Assembly: GCA_963726245.1 (NCBI GenBank)
Contig: CAVSBT010000019.1
Coordinates: 1-64,000, forward strand
Source: an uncultured Chloroflexia bacterium
Lineage (GTDB): Bacteria > Chloroflexota > Dehalococcoidia > DSTF01 > JALHUB01
Length of the DNA stretch: 64,000 bases
Direction of reading: 5' to 3'
Made by a program: the position numbers and the translations under genes. This document shows positions 53,201-62,586 of the stretch, one piece after another; the stretch's first letter is position 1, and every line of letters begins with the position of its first letter. Below the pieces are notes generated by a model. That model was not told the origin of the DNA, ran no database searches, and saw only the letters and a program-made list of their open reading frames with translations.

Positions 53201-55673
53201 CGACCGTAAGCGTTTCGCCGTCGAGCGCACGGCGGACGTAGTCCGCCATCGTCTCCAGGCCAGGGAACTTCTTGAAGACGGGCATACCCACCAGTTCCCC
53301 AGGCTTGAGCCCGAGGGCCTCCAGGCCCTTGCCCTCGGAGAGCGTGAACACGCCGTCGCGGTCCAGCGCGAACAGCATGACCGGGACGCTGGCTATCACG
53401 GTGCGCAGGCGCTCCTCGCTCTTCTTGAGCGCCTCTTCCGCTCGCTTGCGCCCGCTGATGTCTCTGATGGAACCTTCGAACCCGACGGGAGCGCCGTCGG
53501 GGCCACGGAGCAGGTGGGCGTTTAGAGACCCGTCGATCACACGTCCGTCGGCAGCCTTCACCCGAATCTCGTAGTCGGTGACCTCTCCCCGCTTCAGGAT
53601 CACTTTTAGAAGTGCAGACCGCTCCCCCGGCGTCTCATAGATTGCTGTCACCGGCGTGCCGATTAGCTCCTCGCGGGTGTATCCGAACCGCTCCGCCGAT
53701 GGGCTGATATCGGTGATGATGCCCTGGATGCTGGTCTGGTAGTAGATGTCCTGCACGTTCTCGAAGATCTGGCGGTACTTCGCCTCGCTCTCCCTCAGCG
53801 CCTCTTCCATCCGCTTGCGCTCGCTGACGTCCCTGAGAGTGCCTTCGACCCCGGCAAATTCGCCGTTGGGCCCGCGGAGAACATAAGTGCAGACAGAGGT
53901 ATCGATGAGGCGGCCGTCTGCCGCCGTCAGGTGGATTTCGTGGTCAGCGACCTCTCCCGATTCAAAGAGCGCTTGCAGAAGCACTGAGCGCTCTTCTGGC
54001 GTGCCGTAGAAGTCTAGTACCTGCTTGCCAATTATCTCCTCGCAGGGGAACCCGTAGCGTTCGATCGATGGGCTAACGTCGGTGACGATGCCCTGGGCAT
54101 CCGTCCGGTAGTAGGACTCCGGCACGTTCTTGAAGACGCGGTGGAACTTCTGTTCGCTGTCCCGCAGCGCCTCTTCCATCCGCTTGCGCTCGCTGATGTC
54201 GGTGGCCACGCCAATAAGGCCGTTGATCTGGCCGCCGAGATCGCGTAGCGGAGCACAGTGGGCCTCGAAAGTTGAACCGGCCAGCTCCACCTCCGCCGTG
54301 AACGCTTCGCCGTCGAGCGCCCGGCGGATGTACTCGGCCATCCCCTGCACACCGGGAAACGCGTCGAAGACGGAGCGCCCTACTACTTCGCCCGGCTTTA
54401 GCCCGAGAACCTCCAGCCCCTTGCCTTCGGAAAGTGTGAACACGCCGTCGCGGTCCACTGCGAACAGCATCACCGGCACGTTCGTCATGACGGCGCTCAG
54501 CCGTTCCTCGCTCTCTCTCAGCGCCTCTTCCGCCTGCTTGCGCCTGCTGATGTCTCTGATGGAACCTTCGAACCCGGCGGGAGCGCCGTCGGGCCCACGG
54601 AGCAGGTGGGCGTTTAGAGACCCGTCGATCACGCGTCCGTCGGCAGTCTTCACCCGAATCTCGTAGTCGGTGACCTCTCCCCGCTTCAGGATCATTCTCA
54701 GAAGCGCTGACCGCTCCCCCGGCGTCTCGTAGATCGCGGTCACCGGCGTGCCGATTAGCTCCTCGCGGTTGTATCCGAACCGCTCCACCGACGGGCTGAT
54801 CTCGGTGATGAGGCCCTGGATGCTCGTCCGGTAGTAGATGTCCTGCACGTTCTCGAAGATCTGGCGGTACTTCGCCTCGCTCTCTCTCAGCGCCTCTTCC
54901 ATCCGCTTGCGCTCAGTGATGTCGGTACCCACGCCGATGATGCCGGAGACATCCCCGTCGCCATCGCGTAGCGGAGCGCAGTGAATCTCGAAAGTGACAC
55001 CGGCCAGCTCGACCTCCGTGGTGAACGCTTCGCCGGCAAGCGCACGGTCGATCTGCTCCGCTATTCCCTCCGTATCGGGGAACAGGTCGATGACAGAGCG
55101 ACCCACGGCTTCGCCGGGCTTCAGCCCAAGCCTCTCCAGCACCTTGCCCTCGGAGAGCGTGCACACGCCGTTGCGGTCCACCACGAACAGCTTCACCGGC
55201 GCGTTCGTCATGACGGCGCGCAGGCGCTCGTCGCTCTTGTGGAGCGCCTCTTCCGCCCGCTTGCGTTCGGTGACATCGAATGCGGCGCCGATGATGCCGG
55301 AGATCTCGCCGTCCTGACGACGGGCCGGGGCGCAGTGAGCCTCGAACGCCAGCCCGCCCACCTCGGCCGTGAAGGTGAAGGCTTCGCCCGCGAGCACACG
55401 GTCGAGGTTCTGCCTGGCGTCTGGGAGGTCGGGGAACGCGTCGAAGATCGACCGCCCCACCAGTTCCCCAGGCTTCAGCCCGAGGGCCTCAAGCCCCTTG
55501 CCTTCGGAGAGCGTGAACACGCCATCGCGGTCAATGGCGAAGAGGACGATGGGGGCGTTGTTGGCGAGTAGGCGCAGGCGCTCCTCGCTCTCGTGGAGCA
55601 CCGCTTCCGCCCGCTTGCCCTTGACGTTCTTGCGTTGCGGCCTAGGTTTTGCCTTCGCCAACGCCTCTGTCAC
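50268..55673 (-). CDS. Multi-sensor c-di-GMP enzyme: 10 PAS domains, GGDEF, GAF, HD-GYP
   Basis: Ten repeats ending in D(I/V)(T/S)ERKR-type linkers; DVDGLKAINDTYGH, RYGGDEF; GAF segment; HDIGK, HHERWDGTGYP, DAFDAM..RPY. Confidence 0.93.
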   Translation of the reverse strand: MTEALAKAKPRPQRKNVKGKRAEAVLHESEERLRLLANNAPIVLFAIDRDGVFTLSEGKGLEALGLKPGELVGRSIFDAFPDLPDARQNLDRVLAGEAFTFTAEVGGLAFEAHCAPARRQDGEISGIIGAAFDVTERKRAEEALHKSDERLRAVMTNAPVKLFVVDRNGVCTLSEGKVLERLGLKPGEAVGRSVIDLFPDTEGIAEQIDRALAGEAFTTEVELAGVTFEIHCAPLRDGDGDVSGIIGVGTDITERKRMEEALRESEAKYRQIFENVQDIYYRTSIQGLITEISPSVERFGYNREELIGTPVTAIYETPGERSALLRMILKRGEVTDYEIRVKTADGRVIDGSLNAHLLRGPDGAPAGFEGSIRDISRRKQAEEALRESEERLSAVMTNVPVMLFAVDRDGVFTLSEGKGLEVLGLKPGEVVGRSVFDAFPGVQGMAEYIRRALDGEAFTAEVELAGSTFEAHCAPLRDLGGQINGLIGVATDISERKRMEEALRDSEQKFHRVFKNVPESYYRTDAQGIVTDVSPSIERYGFPCEEIIGKQVLDFYGTPEERSVLLQALFESGEVADHEIHLTAADGRLIDTSVCTYVLRGPNGEFAGVEGTLRDVSERKRMEEALRESEAKYRQIFENVQDIYYQTSIQGIITDISPSAERFGYTREELIGTPVTAIYETPGERSALLKVILKRGEVTDYEIRVKAADGRVIDGSLNAHLLRGPDGAPVGFEGSIRDISGRKRAEEALKKSEERLRTVIASVPVMLFALDRDGVFTLSEGKGLEALGLKPGELVGMPVFKKFPGLETMADYVRRALDGETLTVEVELADFTFETYCAPLRDRSGQVSGVIGVATDVSERKRMEEALKQTATELERSNEALRETEEKFRRIFDNVQDIYYRTDDKGIITEISPSVRRFGNDPDELIGTPVLDMYKDPDERSALMKALFEQGVVIDFEVHLKSGDGLDRTTSVSTHLLHGPNGEFAGVEGSLRDVTERKRMEKALRESEAKYRQIFESVQDVFYQTDDKRVITEISPSIERYGYSREALIGTPVTDIYASAEEPSALLQALLEGEAVTDYEIHLKTADGRVIDTSVSAHLLRGPDGQFLGVEGSLRDISERKRMEEALRESEAKYRGIFENVQDIYYRTDDKGIITEINPSVERFGYTREGLIGTQVLDVYPNPEERSALLQALMEREAVTDYEIHLKTGDGLVIDTSVSARLLRGPDGAFIGVEGALRDITERKRMETALREQARRDALTSVLNHGAIVQELRNLVSGDANGSSHAVAMIDVDGLKAINDTYGHQVGDAVLVAVAGGLARDGALVGRYGGDEFVALLPNTDREAAETYRQRVLDTLAEVDLRDSETGTRVQIIASVGLAIYPTEAGRIEELIKLADSAMYAWRRQRPVLSAGSTLSRAQGGDRAAKMVGQIVPLLTSLDDLNDKLRLVAHRLSVGGDYDAVNFVLFGSEGNPQGGLSTFARMPEDLVDAWSNAQRGAPQSPIRRIQERTRRAIIMDDPQNDERFTADQRKLLRTAGMRSVLIAPMIWRDELIGHLSVGSKREAAFGPRDAEFLVAVATQVTAIVRLATLVEDLQSTSTRLVQGHTETVVLLAAAAEAHDQATGLHLRSIRSITEALARELGYGEDYAEELGLAAVLHDIGKIRVPDVVLSTAGQLTDKEWDLMKQHTVWGEDFLMERPGFELAATIARSHHERWDGTGYPDGLVGKSIPTAATIVSVADAFDAMVNDRPYRSARSVAAAVREIVSCSGAQFSPKVVQSLARLHKQKKLVRLHREALIDLAA

Positions 55674-55816
55674 ACCTCTCCCGCTGTCGAAAGAGGTGAT
55701 CCTCTGGAATCACGGCTGTTTACAAGGGAGTATCGGCTTCCGGCAAGCGTGAGAATAGCGGCGGCTGGGTGTGGAACCCTGGGACCTTCGAGCCTATGGA
55801 GAAGCGGGGTGGGAGC

Positions 55817-56296
55817 TCAGACCAGGCCTTCGAGGGCCTCCCGGTCGGGGCGGGAGTAGGCACACACGACGACTTCGAGGTCGTCCGCCTCGCGGAGGGG
55901 GCGCAGCATGGCCTCCGCCACCTGCCGCCGGGGCAGGCCGACGATGCCCGCCCCCAGCAGAGGGAAGGCGATGCTGCCCGCGCCAAGCTCCCGCGCCAGG
56001 GCGAGGGCGGCGCGGGTGCCGGCCTCGATGTCTGCCAAGGAGGCCCGGCGGCCCGAGCGGTAGTCGATGGTGGGTACGTGGATGACGTGTCGCGCCTTCA
56101 GCGATCCGGCGCCGGTGGCCGCCGCCTTCCCCAGGTCGCACCAGCCGATGCGGTTGCTCTCCTTCTGGATGACGCGGCCCCCGGCGCGTACGATGGCGGC
56201 GGCGACGCCTCCGCCGTGCTGGAGCTGCGTGTTGGCGGCGTTGACGATGGCATCAACGTCCAGATCGGTGATGTTGCCTTCGTGCAGTCGGATCAT
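55817..56296 (-). CDS. Macro-domain (ADP-ribose-binding/hydrolase) protein
   Basis: GNITDLDVDAIVNAAN..L.HGGGVAAAI, SIAFPLLGAGIVG. Confidence 0.92.
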   Translation of the reverse strand: MIRLHEGNITDLDVDAIVNAANTQLQHGGGVAAAIVRAGGRVIQKESNRIGWCDLGKAAATGAGSLKARHVIHVPTIDYRSGRRASLADIEAGTRAALALARELGAGSIAFPLLGAGIVGLPRRQVAEAMLRPLREADDLEVVVCAYSRPDREALEGLV

Positions 56297-56461
56297 CGCT
56301 GATCCTACCTGCCGCGCCCGGCGGGCCACGGCAGCTATTATGCGCAGAGCGGCGCGTCCTGCCAAGGGGGACGCCTGGCGTGCTGGTGCCTGGTTGTTGA
56401 CACGGCCCCAGCGCCATCCGATGATGAAGACGTCCTATCGCCTGCCGAAAGGAGGCACAAC

Positions 56462-56827
56462 GTGAAGGTCCGAAACTTCCGTGAGGTCGAGCCCGACAGG
56501 GAGTTGCCGGGCGTGGCCCTGCGCACGGTCATCTCCGCGCAGGACGGGGCGCCCCGCTTCGCCATGCGCGTCTTCGAGGTCGAGCCCGGCGCGTCGACAC
56601 CCTTCCACGCCCACGCTTGGGAGCACGAGGTCTTCATTCTGGAGGGCGAGGCCAAGGTGAGAGGCGCCGAGGGCGAGCGCGCCCTCCAGCCCAACGATGC
56701 CGTCCTTGTGGCCGGGCAGGAGCAGCACTGCTTCGTCAACACGGGACCTCAGGTGCTGCGCTTCATCTGCTGCATCCCCCACCCGGAGACGCTGCCGTCG
56801 GAGCAGGCGCCTGCCTGCGAGGGCTGA
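56462..56827 (+). CDS. Cupin-domain protein
   Basis: APRFAMRVFEVEPG.STP.HAHAWEHEVFILEG...H.F.N; aaaggagg RBS. Confidence 0.9.
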   Translation: MKVRNFREVEPDRELPGVALRTVISAQDGAPRFAMRVFEVEPGASTPFHAHAWEHEVFILEGEAKVRGAEGERALQPNDAVLVAGQEQHCFVNTGPQVLRFICCIPHPETLPSEQAPACEG

Positions 56828-56855
56828 GGCCCCAGCCGCCGACAGAGGCTAGTCA

Positions 56856-57548
56856 GTGCAGGGCAGAGAACGGCGTGCGCCTCGGCAGGCGACCCGGCGT
56901 CAGGCCGGCGGCCGCCCGCTGAACCTCCAGACGGAGCGTGGCGACGTCCCTTGCCTTTACCATGCGGGCCATCCCGCTGCCGGCGCCGTCATCTGGATCG
57001 GCGGCTTCGACGGCGGCTTCGACGGCCCTGCCGACGGCATCTACGCCACTCTGGCCATGGACCTCCTGGAGGACGGCGTCGGCTCACTCCGGCTCAGCTA
57101 TCGCGTGCTGGGGAGCCCCGGCAACGTGGAGGAAGCCGTTCACGACGTGCTGGCCGGCGTCTCTTTCCTGACCGGGGAGGGGGCCGGGCGCATCGGGCTG
57201 GTAGGGCACTCCTTCGGCGGCGCCGTCGTCATCAGCGCCGCCGCCCTCTCGCCGGAGGTGAGCGCGGTCGTGACCCTGAGCACGCAGACGGCGGGCACCG
57301 CTCTAGCGCCGCGAGTGACGCCGCGGCCCCTGCTGCTCATCCACGGCGAACAGGACCGCCGCCTGTCGCCCGACTGCTCGCGCTACGTCTATCGCCTGGC
57401 CGGCGAGCCGAAGGAGCTGATCATCCTGCCCGGCGCCCGCCACAGCCTGCGTCAGCGTCGAGAGGAGCTGCGGCGGCTCCTGCGTCGCTGGCTCGTCGAG
57501 AAGCTGGCCCCCCGATCCGGCGACGAAGCCCCGGGGTCATGTGCGTAG
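56856..57548 (+). CDS. Alpha/beta-fold hydrolase
   Basis: GHSFG nucleophile elbow, LIHGEQD, GARH. Confidence 0.88.
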   Translation: MQGRERRAPRQATRRQAGGRPLNLQTERGDVPCLYHAGHPAAGAVIWIGGFDGGFDGPADGIYATLAMDLLEDGVGSLRLSYRVLGSPGNVEEAVHDVLAGVSFLTGEGAGRIGLVGHSFGGAVVISAAALSPEVSAVVTLSTQTAGTALAPRVTPRPLLLIHGEQDRRLSPDCSRYVYRLAGEPKELIILPGARHSLRQRREELRRLLRRWLVEKLAPRSGDEAPGSCA

Positions 57549-57609
57549 CGGAAGGCTTTAGCCTTCCACTCTAAACGGGAGGTTGTGGAGGGCTAAAGCC
57601 CTCCGCTAC
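57545..57609. repeat. GTAG-type REP inverted doublet (REPIN-like)
   Basis: gtagcggaaggctttagccttcc ... ggagggctaaagccctccgctac. Confidence 0.85.
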
Positions 57610-57702
57610 TTTGACCGCGCCGGGCTCGCCACCCTAGACTGGAACTTGGAGGCGAACTTGATTGGGTGAGGCTGGTGTCTCTGGCGTCAGCGGAGGGAAG
57701 GC

Positions 57703-58185
57703 GTGGCCCGGAAGCGCCCTCGCAACCTAACCCTTCTCAGCGAAGAAGAGGTCCTGGAGCGAGTGCCCGTCCTGGCTCAGGGCATCGATGAGTTCAACGC
57801 CGGCCTCTTCTTCCAGTCGCATGAGACCCTTGAGGACTTGTGGATTGTCTCGCCGTGGCCGGTGCGTGACTTCCTCCAGGGGATCATCCAGATAGCCGCC
57901 GCCTTCGTGCACCTCAAACGCGGCGAGTACGCCGGCACCCACCGCCTCTTGACCGAGGCCATCCTCAAGCTGGAGGGCTTCACGCCTCGCTGCCTGGGCG
58001 TCGACGTGTCGCGCCTCCTGGCCGGCGTCCGCCGCTGCCGCGAGGAGGTGCTGACTCTTGGCAAGGCCCGCCTACATCTCTTCGATCGTCAGCTCATCCC
58101 TCGCATCGAGTTCAGCGAGCTGACGGCTCGAGACGAGATGCCTGCGCCCCCTACTGCCGGGGCTGAATCGGCTCCTGCTGGATGA
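57703..58185 (+). CDS. DUF309-family protein
   Basis: FNAGLFFQSHETLEDLW...FLQGIIQIAAAFVH..RG. Confidence 0.88.
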   Translation: MARKRPRNLTLLSEEEVLERVPVLAQGIDEFNAGLFFQSHETLEDLWIVSPWPVRDFLQGIIQIAAAFVHLKRGEYAGTHRLLTEAILKLEGFTPRCLGVDVSRLLAGVRRCREEVLTLGKARLHLFDRQLIPRIEFSELTARDEMPAPPTAGAESAPAG

Positions 58186-58975
58186 TCTGGAAGTCGGCGT
58201 CATCGAGGGGCGCCAGCTCGCCGCGCCGGTAGGAGTCGAAGAGCTGGAAGAGGTCGCGCTTGTGGGGCCGCTTCCGGCCGATGGGGCATTTCTGCCAGTC
58301 CTCATGGGTCTCGTCGCAGTAGCCCAGGCGGTGCTCGCCGCACTTGGGTTGTAGGTAGCGGGCCAGCTCAGGAAACTTCCGGTTCAGCTCGGCCCGCATC
58401 AGCGACACCACCTTGCGGAACTCCCACTGAGCGCGCGTGCAGAGGCGCAGGTCTGAGACGTGCAGCAGCTCCAGGAAGTTGATGGTGATCTTGAAGTTGG
58501 TTTGAGCGGCGTTGGGTATGAGGAAGCGGGCGTCCTCGGCGGGAATGCCGGCATCCAGCATCTCCTGGTAGAGCTCGCCCAGGTTCTGGAACGTGCGCGC
58601 CAGCTTCTCCTCGAAGCCGGCCTTGCGCACCGTCTCCGGCACCGTGTACGGGAACTTGCCCTTCTTGAAGGCGACATAACGCTGGCTCTGCTGCTCGAAG
58701 CTGATGCCGATGCGATGGCGCACGAACTGGTGGCTGAAGGCGCGGCTAACGCCGGCGATGCCGAACTCGAACCAGCACTGCTCCAGCGGCGAGTTGTGGC
58801 CGGTCTCCAGCCGCTTCTCGATGAACTCCTGCATTTGCTGCCGCGTGATGCGCTCGCTCTCGATACGCTCCACGATCTGCATCGGCGTTAGGGAAGAGTA
58901 GGCGGTCCGATAGGCCACGTAGAGGGAGCGGATGGGGTCGTGCGTGTGGTCGAGCAGCTTAACCTGGATTGCCAA
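58151..58975 (-). CDS. thyX: FAD-dependent thymidylate synthase
   Basis: GHNSPLE, SRAFSHQFVRHR..SFEQQSQRY, EDARFLIP, LRLCTRAQWEFR. Confidence 0.95.
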   Translation of the reverse strand: MAIQVKLLDHTHDPIRSLYVAYRTAYSSLTPMQIVERIESERITRQQMQEFIEKRLETGHNSPLEQCWFEFGIAGVSRAFSHQFVRHRIGISFEQQSQRYVAFKKGKFPYTVPETVRKAGFEEKLARTFQNLGELYQEMLDAGIPAEDARFLIPNAAQTNFKITINFLELLHVSDLRLCTRAQWEFRKVVSLMRAELNRKFPELARYLQPKCGEHRLGYCDETHEDWQKCPIGRKRPHKRDLFQLFDSYRRGELAPLDDADFQIIQQEPIQPRQ

Positions 58976-58987
58976 AGGGCCCTCTTT

Positions 58988-59377
58988 CTAGTGACTAACC
59001 GGCACGCCGAGCTTCGCCAGCGCCTCCAGGAAGGCCTCCGGGTCCTCGAGTGAGACGGCCAGACGTTTGAAGGACACAGGCAGTATCATCCAGATCCAGC
59101 GCCTCCGCTTGAAACGCAGCTCAACCACGTTCTGGTAAGAGCCGATAAGGCCGACGACGCTGGTGATGTTGCCCTTCCAGCCAACACCGTAGAGCCAAGG
59201 CCACGATCTCCTCCCGCCTCCCTCAATGTCGGTCAGGTTGAAGCTGCGGTGGAAGAACCACCCGAAACGCGCCACCAACCTGTCGCTGGCCAGCTCGACG
59301 TAGGAGCGATCGGGCGTGGCTCCAAACAGGGCCAGCAGCGGCGCCCACAAAGGATCCCGCCGGATGGGGAATCGCAT
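58988..59377 (-). CDS. Hypothetical protein (PH-like beta fold possible)
   Basis: Clean 129-aa ORF co-oriented with thyX; ARFG..F, GVGW, LAVSLEDPEAFL. Confidence 0.7.
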   Translation of the reverse strand: MRFPIRRDPLWAPLLALFGATPDRSYVELASDRLVARFGWFFHRSFNLTDIEGGGRRSWPWLYGVGWKGNITSVVGLIGSYQNVVELRFKRRRWIWMILPVSFKRLAVSLEDPEAFLEALAKLGVPVSH

Positions 59378-59510
59378 TGCCCCGGGCGTCTCAGCTACCG
59401 TACCCCTCCTTCGTCGCGGTCTGCCACGTGGAGCGCGCCCCTGGGAGCTGCCCCTGAGCCATGATACCGCAATCTCTGTTGAGGGTAGAATCCCGGCGAC
59501 GGCTCGCTTG

Positions 59511-61697
59511 CTAGACAGGCCAGCGGTTCCTGCGCAGAACGCGGATGCCGCCGGTCACGTGCTGGACCTCCACCGCCGTCTTCGTAGCATGGCGCCGGAA
59601 CAAGAGGTCGACGCTCCCCCGCCCGACACGAAGGCCGCGTAGCTGCACGTTCTCCAACCAGTGGGGGAGCTGCGGCCGGACCAGCAGGAGTTCGCGGCCT
59701 GACTTGCCTGGGCAGAGGCCGAGGATGGCGTGGAGGATCATGGGCAGAGCGCCGGCGGCCCAGGCCTGGGGCCTACAGGCCACGGGATAGGGCACCGGAG
59801 CGTGGTGGGCGGACCGCCCTTCGCCGCCGAAGAGCTCCGGCAGCCGGAAGTATGGGAAGGCCATAGCGGCGTCGAGGAGGGCCGTGGCGACTTCGTTAAG
59901 CTCTTCCTCAAGGCCGTACTTCTTCAGTCCCATGGTGGCAATGGCGTTGTCGTGGGGCCATACAGTCCCCAGGTGGTAGCCGATGGGGTTGAATCGCGGC
60001 GAAGCCGCGCTGAGGGTACGAATACCCCAGCCGCTGAACAAGTCATTGCTCAGGAGGCGTTCCGCCACTGCCGCCGCCCGTTCGCGGGCGATGATGCCGC
60101 TCCAGAGGGCGTGGCCGGGGCCGGACGAGATGGAGGCGCAGGGACGCTTGGCGCCGTCCAGGGCCAGGGCATAGAAGCCCTGGTGAGGCAGCCAGAAATC
60201 GCGGTTGAAGCGGCGGCGGAGGTTGGTCGCCTGTCGACGGAGCTGCGCCGCCCTTTCGCCTTCTCCCAGGGCGTCGAACACCGTGGCCAGCCCCTTCTGA
60301 GCCGCAAAGACATACCCCTGCACCTCCACGAGAGCAATGGGAGGACGGGCAAGGGTGCCTTCGGCGTGGATGATGCTGTCGGCTGAGTCCTTCCAGCCCT
60401 GGTTGACGAGGCCCTTCGCGGACTGCTTCTCGTACTCCACGTAGCCGTCGCCGTCCGCGTCGCCGTAGGTGTCCAGCCAGTCGATGGCGGCCAGGAGCGG
60501 GCCCCGCAGCTCCTTAAGGAGACGCAGGTCTCCGGTCCAGGCGTAGTACTCGCTGGCCAGCCAGAGGAAGAGGGGCGTGGAGTCGATGCTGCCGTAGTAC
60601 GGCGCGTAGGGGAGCTCCCCGGCCAGCGACATCTCGTCCCGCCGGAGCTCATGGAGGATCTTGCCGGGCTCCTCATCGCGCCAGGGGTCCAGGCGGCGTC
60701 CCTGCTTGCTGGCCAGCACCCGGAGGCACTGTTTGGCTATGTCTGGACGGAAGGCGAGGGTCTGCATGGCCACGATGGCGCTGTCGCGGCCGAAGAGCGC
60801 GTCGAACCAAGGGGTGCCGGCGGAGAGGAAACGTCCCAGGCGGCCGCCCCCGTTCCAGAGCATTCGCAGGTCCGCGAAGGACCGGTCCAGGGCCTTGTTG
60901 AAGAACTCATTGTCGGTGAAGACCTGAGTGCACCCTTCAGCCCAGCGGCGATGCTGACGCCATACCAAAGAGAGGCGGTCTTTGGCAGGGCGCCGGTCGC
61001 GCAGCCCATCCACCGCCACCACCAGCCGGTAGGTGGCGGTGGCGCGGCGAGGCAGCGTCACCCGCAGGACAGCGGTCTGTGGGGAGATGACCGCCGGCGG
61101 CTGTGAAAAGGAGATGTGCGTCTCCCGGGCACGCCCATCCAGCCCTTCGTAGGCGAAGGTGATGCTTCTGGCGTCGGCCTCTGGCTCAAGAAGACGTCCT
61201 CGGCGCTCCCGCTGCTGCCCCCGCACCTCGAAGATGTCGGCGAAGTCGGCGTCAAATCGATAGACGAGCTCCAGGGTGACCGGGAAGACGTTGTAGTTGG
61301 TGACGCGCAACGTCTCCTCTACGATGCCGGCCAGCACGCGCTGGCGGCGCACCTCAATGGTGCCCCGAGCCAGGGTGCGGCCCTCCGCGCTCTCCATGCG
61401 GGGGTTGATGAGGACCTGCTCTTCGGCGAAGCCCAGCTCGGCCGTGGAGAGCAGCGCGACCGGCTCGGCGGAGCGGAACGAGAGGTCATAGACGGAGAGG
61501 TGGCGGGTATCGGCGTGGTAGAGGCCGAAACCGTGTGGATTATCGGGGGCGACGTTGCCGTTGGGGTCGGTGAGGAGGAAGAGGTCCCCTTCTCTGATGA
61601 TAAGGGCATCGCGGATGTCCTCGATGCCCATCGGCTCGCCCTCGGGTAGGTGATGCCTCTCGAGGGTCAAGTCTTCTTTCGCCTGGGTCACGGTCAT
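59511..61697 (-). CDS. Amylo-alpha-1,6-glucosidase-like protein (glycogen-debranching N-domain plus six-hairpin glycosidase)
   Basis: GLYHADTRHLS, DFADIFEVRG, AGTPWF..LFGRDS, EEPGKILHE, YYGSIDSTPL, NQGWKDS, YHLGTVWPHD, RLPELF, PQAWAA. Confidence 0.92.
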   Translation of the reverse strand: MTVTQAKEDLTLERHHLPEGEPMGIEDIRDALIIREGDLFLLTDPNGNVAPDNPHGFGLYHADTRHLSVYDLSFRSAEPVALLSTAELGFAEEQVLINPRMESAEGRTLARGTIEVRRQRVLAGIVEETLRVTNYNVFPVTLELVYRFDADFADIFEVRGQQRERRGRLLEPEADARSITFAYEGLDGRARETHISFSQPPAVISPQTAVLRVTLPRRATATYRLVVAVDGLRDRRPAKDRLSLVWRQHRRWAEGCTQVFTDNEFFNKALDRSFADLRMLWNGGGRLGRFLSAGTPWFDALFGRDSAIVAMQTLAFRPDIAKQCLRVLASKQGRRLDPWRDEEPGKILHELRRDEMSLAGELPYAPYYGSIDSTPLFLWLASEYYAWTGDLRLLKELRGPLLAAIDWLDTYGDADGDGYVEYEKQSAKGLVNQGWKDSADSIIHAEGTLARPPIALVEVQGYVFAAQKGLATVFDALGEGERAAQLRRQATNLRRRFNRDFWLPHQGFYALALDGAKRPCASISSGPGHALWSGIIARERAAAVAERLLSNDLFSGWGIRTLSAASPRFNPIGYHLGTVWPHDNAIATMGLKKYGLEEELNEVATALLDAAMAFPYFRLPELFGGEGRSAHHAPVPYPVACRPQAWAAGALPMILHAILGLCPGKSGRELLLVRPQLPHWLENVQLRGLRVGRGSVDLLFRRHATKTAVEVQHVTGGIRVLRRNRWPV

Positions 61698-61845
61698 GTG
61701 GGCCGGATCGCTCTCTGGAGTCCGCTGAGGGTAGCCCCCACGCTGAGTGGCACTATCGCCTCCGCTGATCGCAGGCGGGCTGATGTACCAACCGGACCCA
61801 GCCTCATGATACAGCAGTCAGGGCGAAGGACGAATCCTCGCGGCG

Positions 61846-62559
61846 TCAGGATGCCTGCGCCCGCATGCGCTTCTCGGCGAGGCGCTCCGGCGCCGGCTCC
61901 ACGATCCCCGCTACTGCGAGCGAGTTCACCACGTCCTGCACCAGCTCGTGGGCGCGCACCAGGTCCTCCGCCGCCAGCCGATGGTGGGGGGAAGGCACTA
62001 TCCCCTCCAGATAGACGGTATCCCCCCGCATGTCCAGCCTGACAGTGGTGGGGGGCAGGCCGAGACAGGCGCAGAGGTCCGCTTCGAGCTGACGGGCCAG
62101 GTCATCCGGCGAGACATCGGTGCCCGCCACCCGAAGGCGGTTGGCCACGCCCGCCACGCCGCCCACCGACCAGGCGGCCCGCTCGGCGGCGCAGAGAGCA
62201 TACAACGAGCTTACGATACCCCGAAGCTCTACGACGCCGTGGTTGACCTCCGGCTGTACGGTGGCGGCATCCACCTCCGGCGCCTCCTCGAAGGCTGTCC
62301 GGAGCCTCTGCCCGATGGCGCTGTCGCTGCGCACCTCGCGAGGTGCTACCCGCAGCCGGTTCACGACGTGGCTGGCCCCCGTCAGGGGTCCTATGAGTTC
62401 GGCCGCCGCCCTCTTGTGCCGGACGCTGGGGGCGGTGCCCTCTATGTGGGCCACGCTGCCCAGCATGAAGACGCGCAGGCCGTCGATGCCAAGGGTCCGC
62501 GCTGCCGCCTCCGCCGCCAACTCTAGGCTGGCGCCCTCGCCTGCTGGCGATGCTGCCAT
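61846..62559 (-). CDS. Triple BON-domain protein
   Basis: Three repeats of G.V.L.G.V......AE..A....GV..V.N.L.V. Confidence 0.85.
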   Translation of the reverse strand: MAASPAGEGASLELAAEAAARTLGIDGLRVFMLGSVAHIEGTAPSVRHKRAAAELIGPLTGASHVVNRLRVAPREVRSDSAIGQRLRTAFEEAPEVDAATVQPEVNHGVVELRGIVSSLYALCAAERAAWSVGGVAGVANRLRVAGTDVSPDDLARQLEADLCACLGLPPTTVRLDMRGDTVYLEGIVPSPHHRLAAEDLVRAHELVQDVVNSLAVAGIVEPAPERLAEKRMRAQAS

Positions 62560-62586
62560 CCCGCACCTCCTTCGCCGCGGCCGGCT

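Noticed and set aside
55731-55737. GCCGATA sigma28-type -10 upstream of the PAS/GGDEF gene
   Set aside because: No matching -35 at the expected spacing; too weak to call
47518-57609. Repeated palindromes as a CRISPR array
   Set aside because: Dispersed inverted doublets, no regular repeat-spacer period and no cas genes
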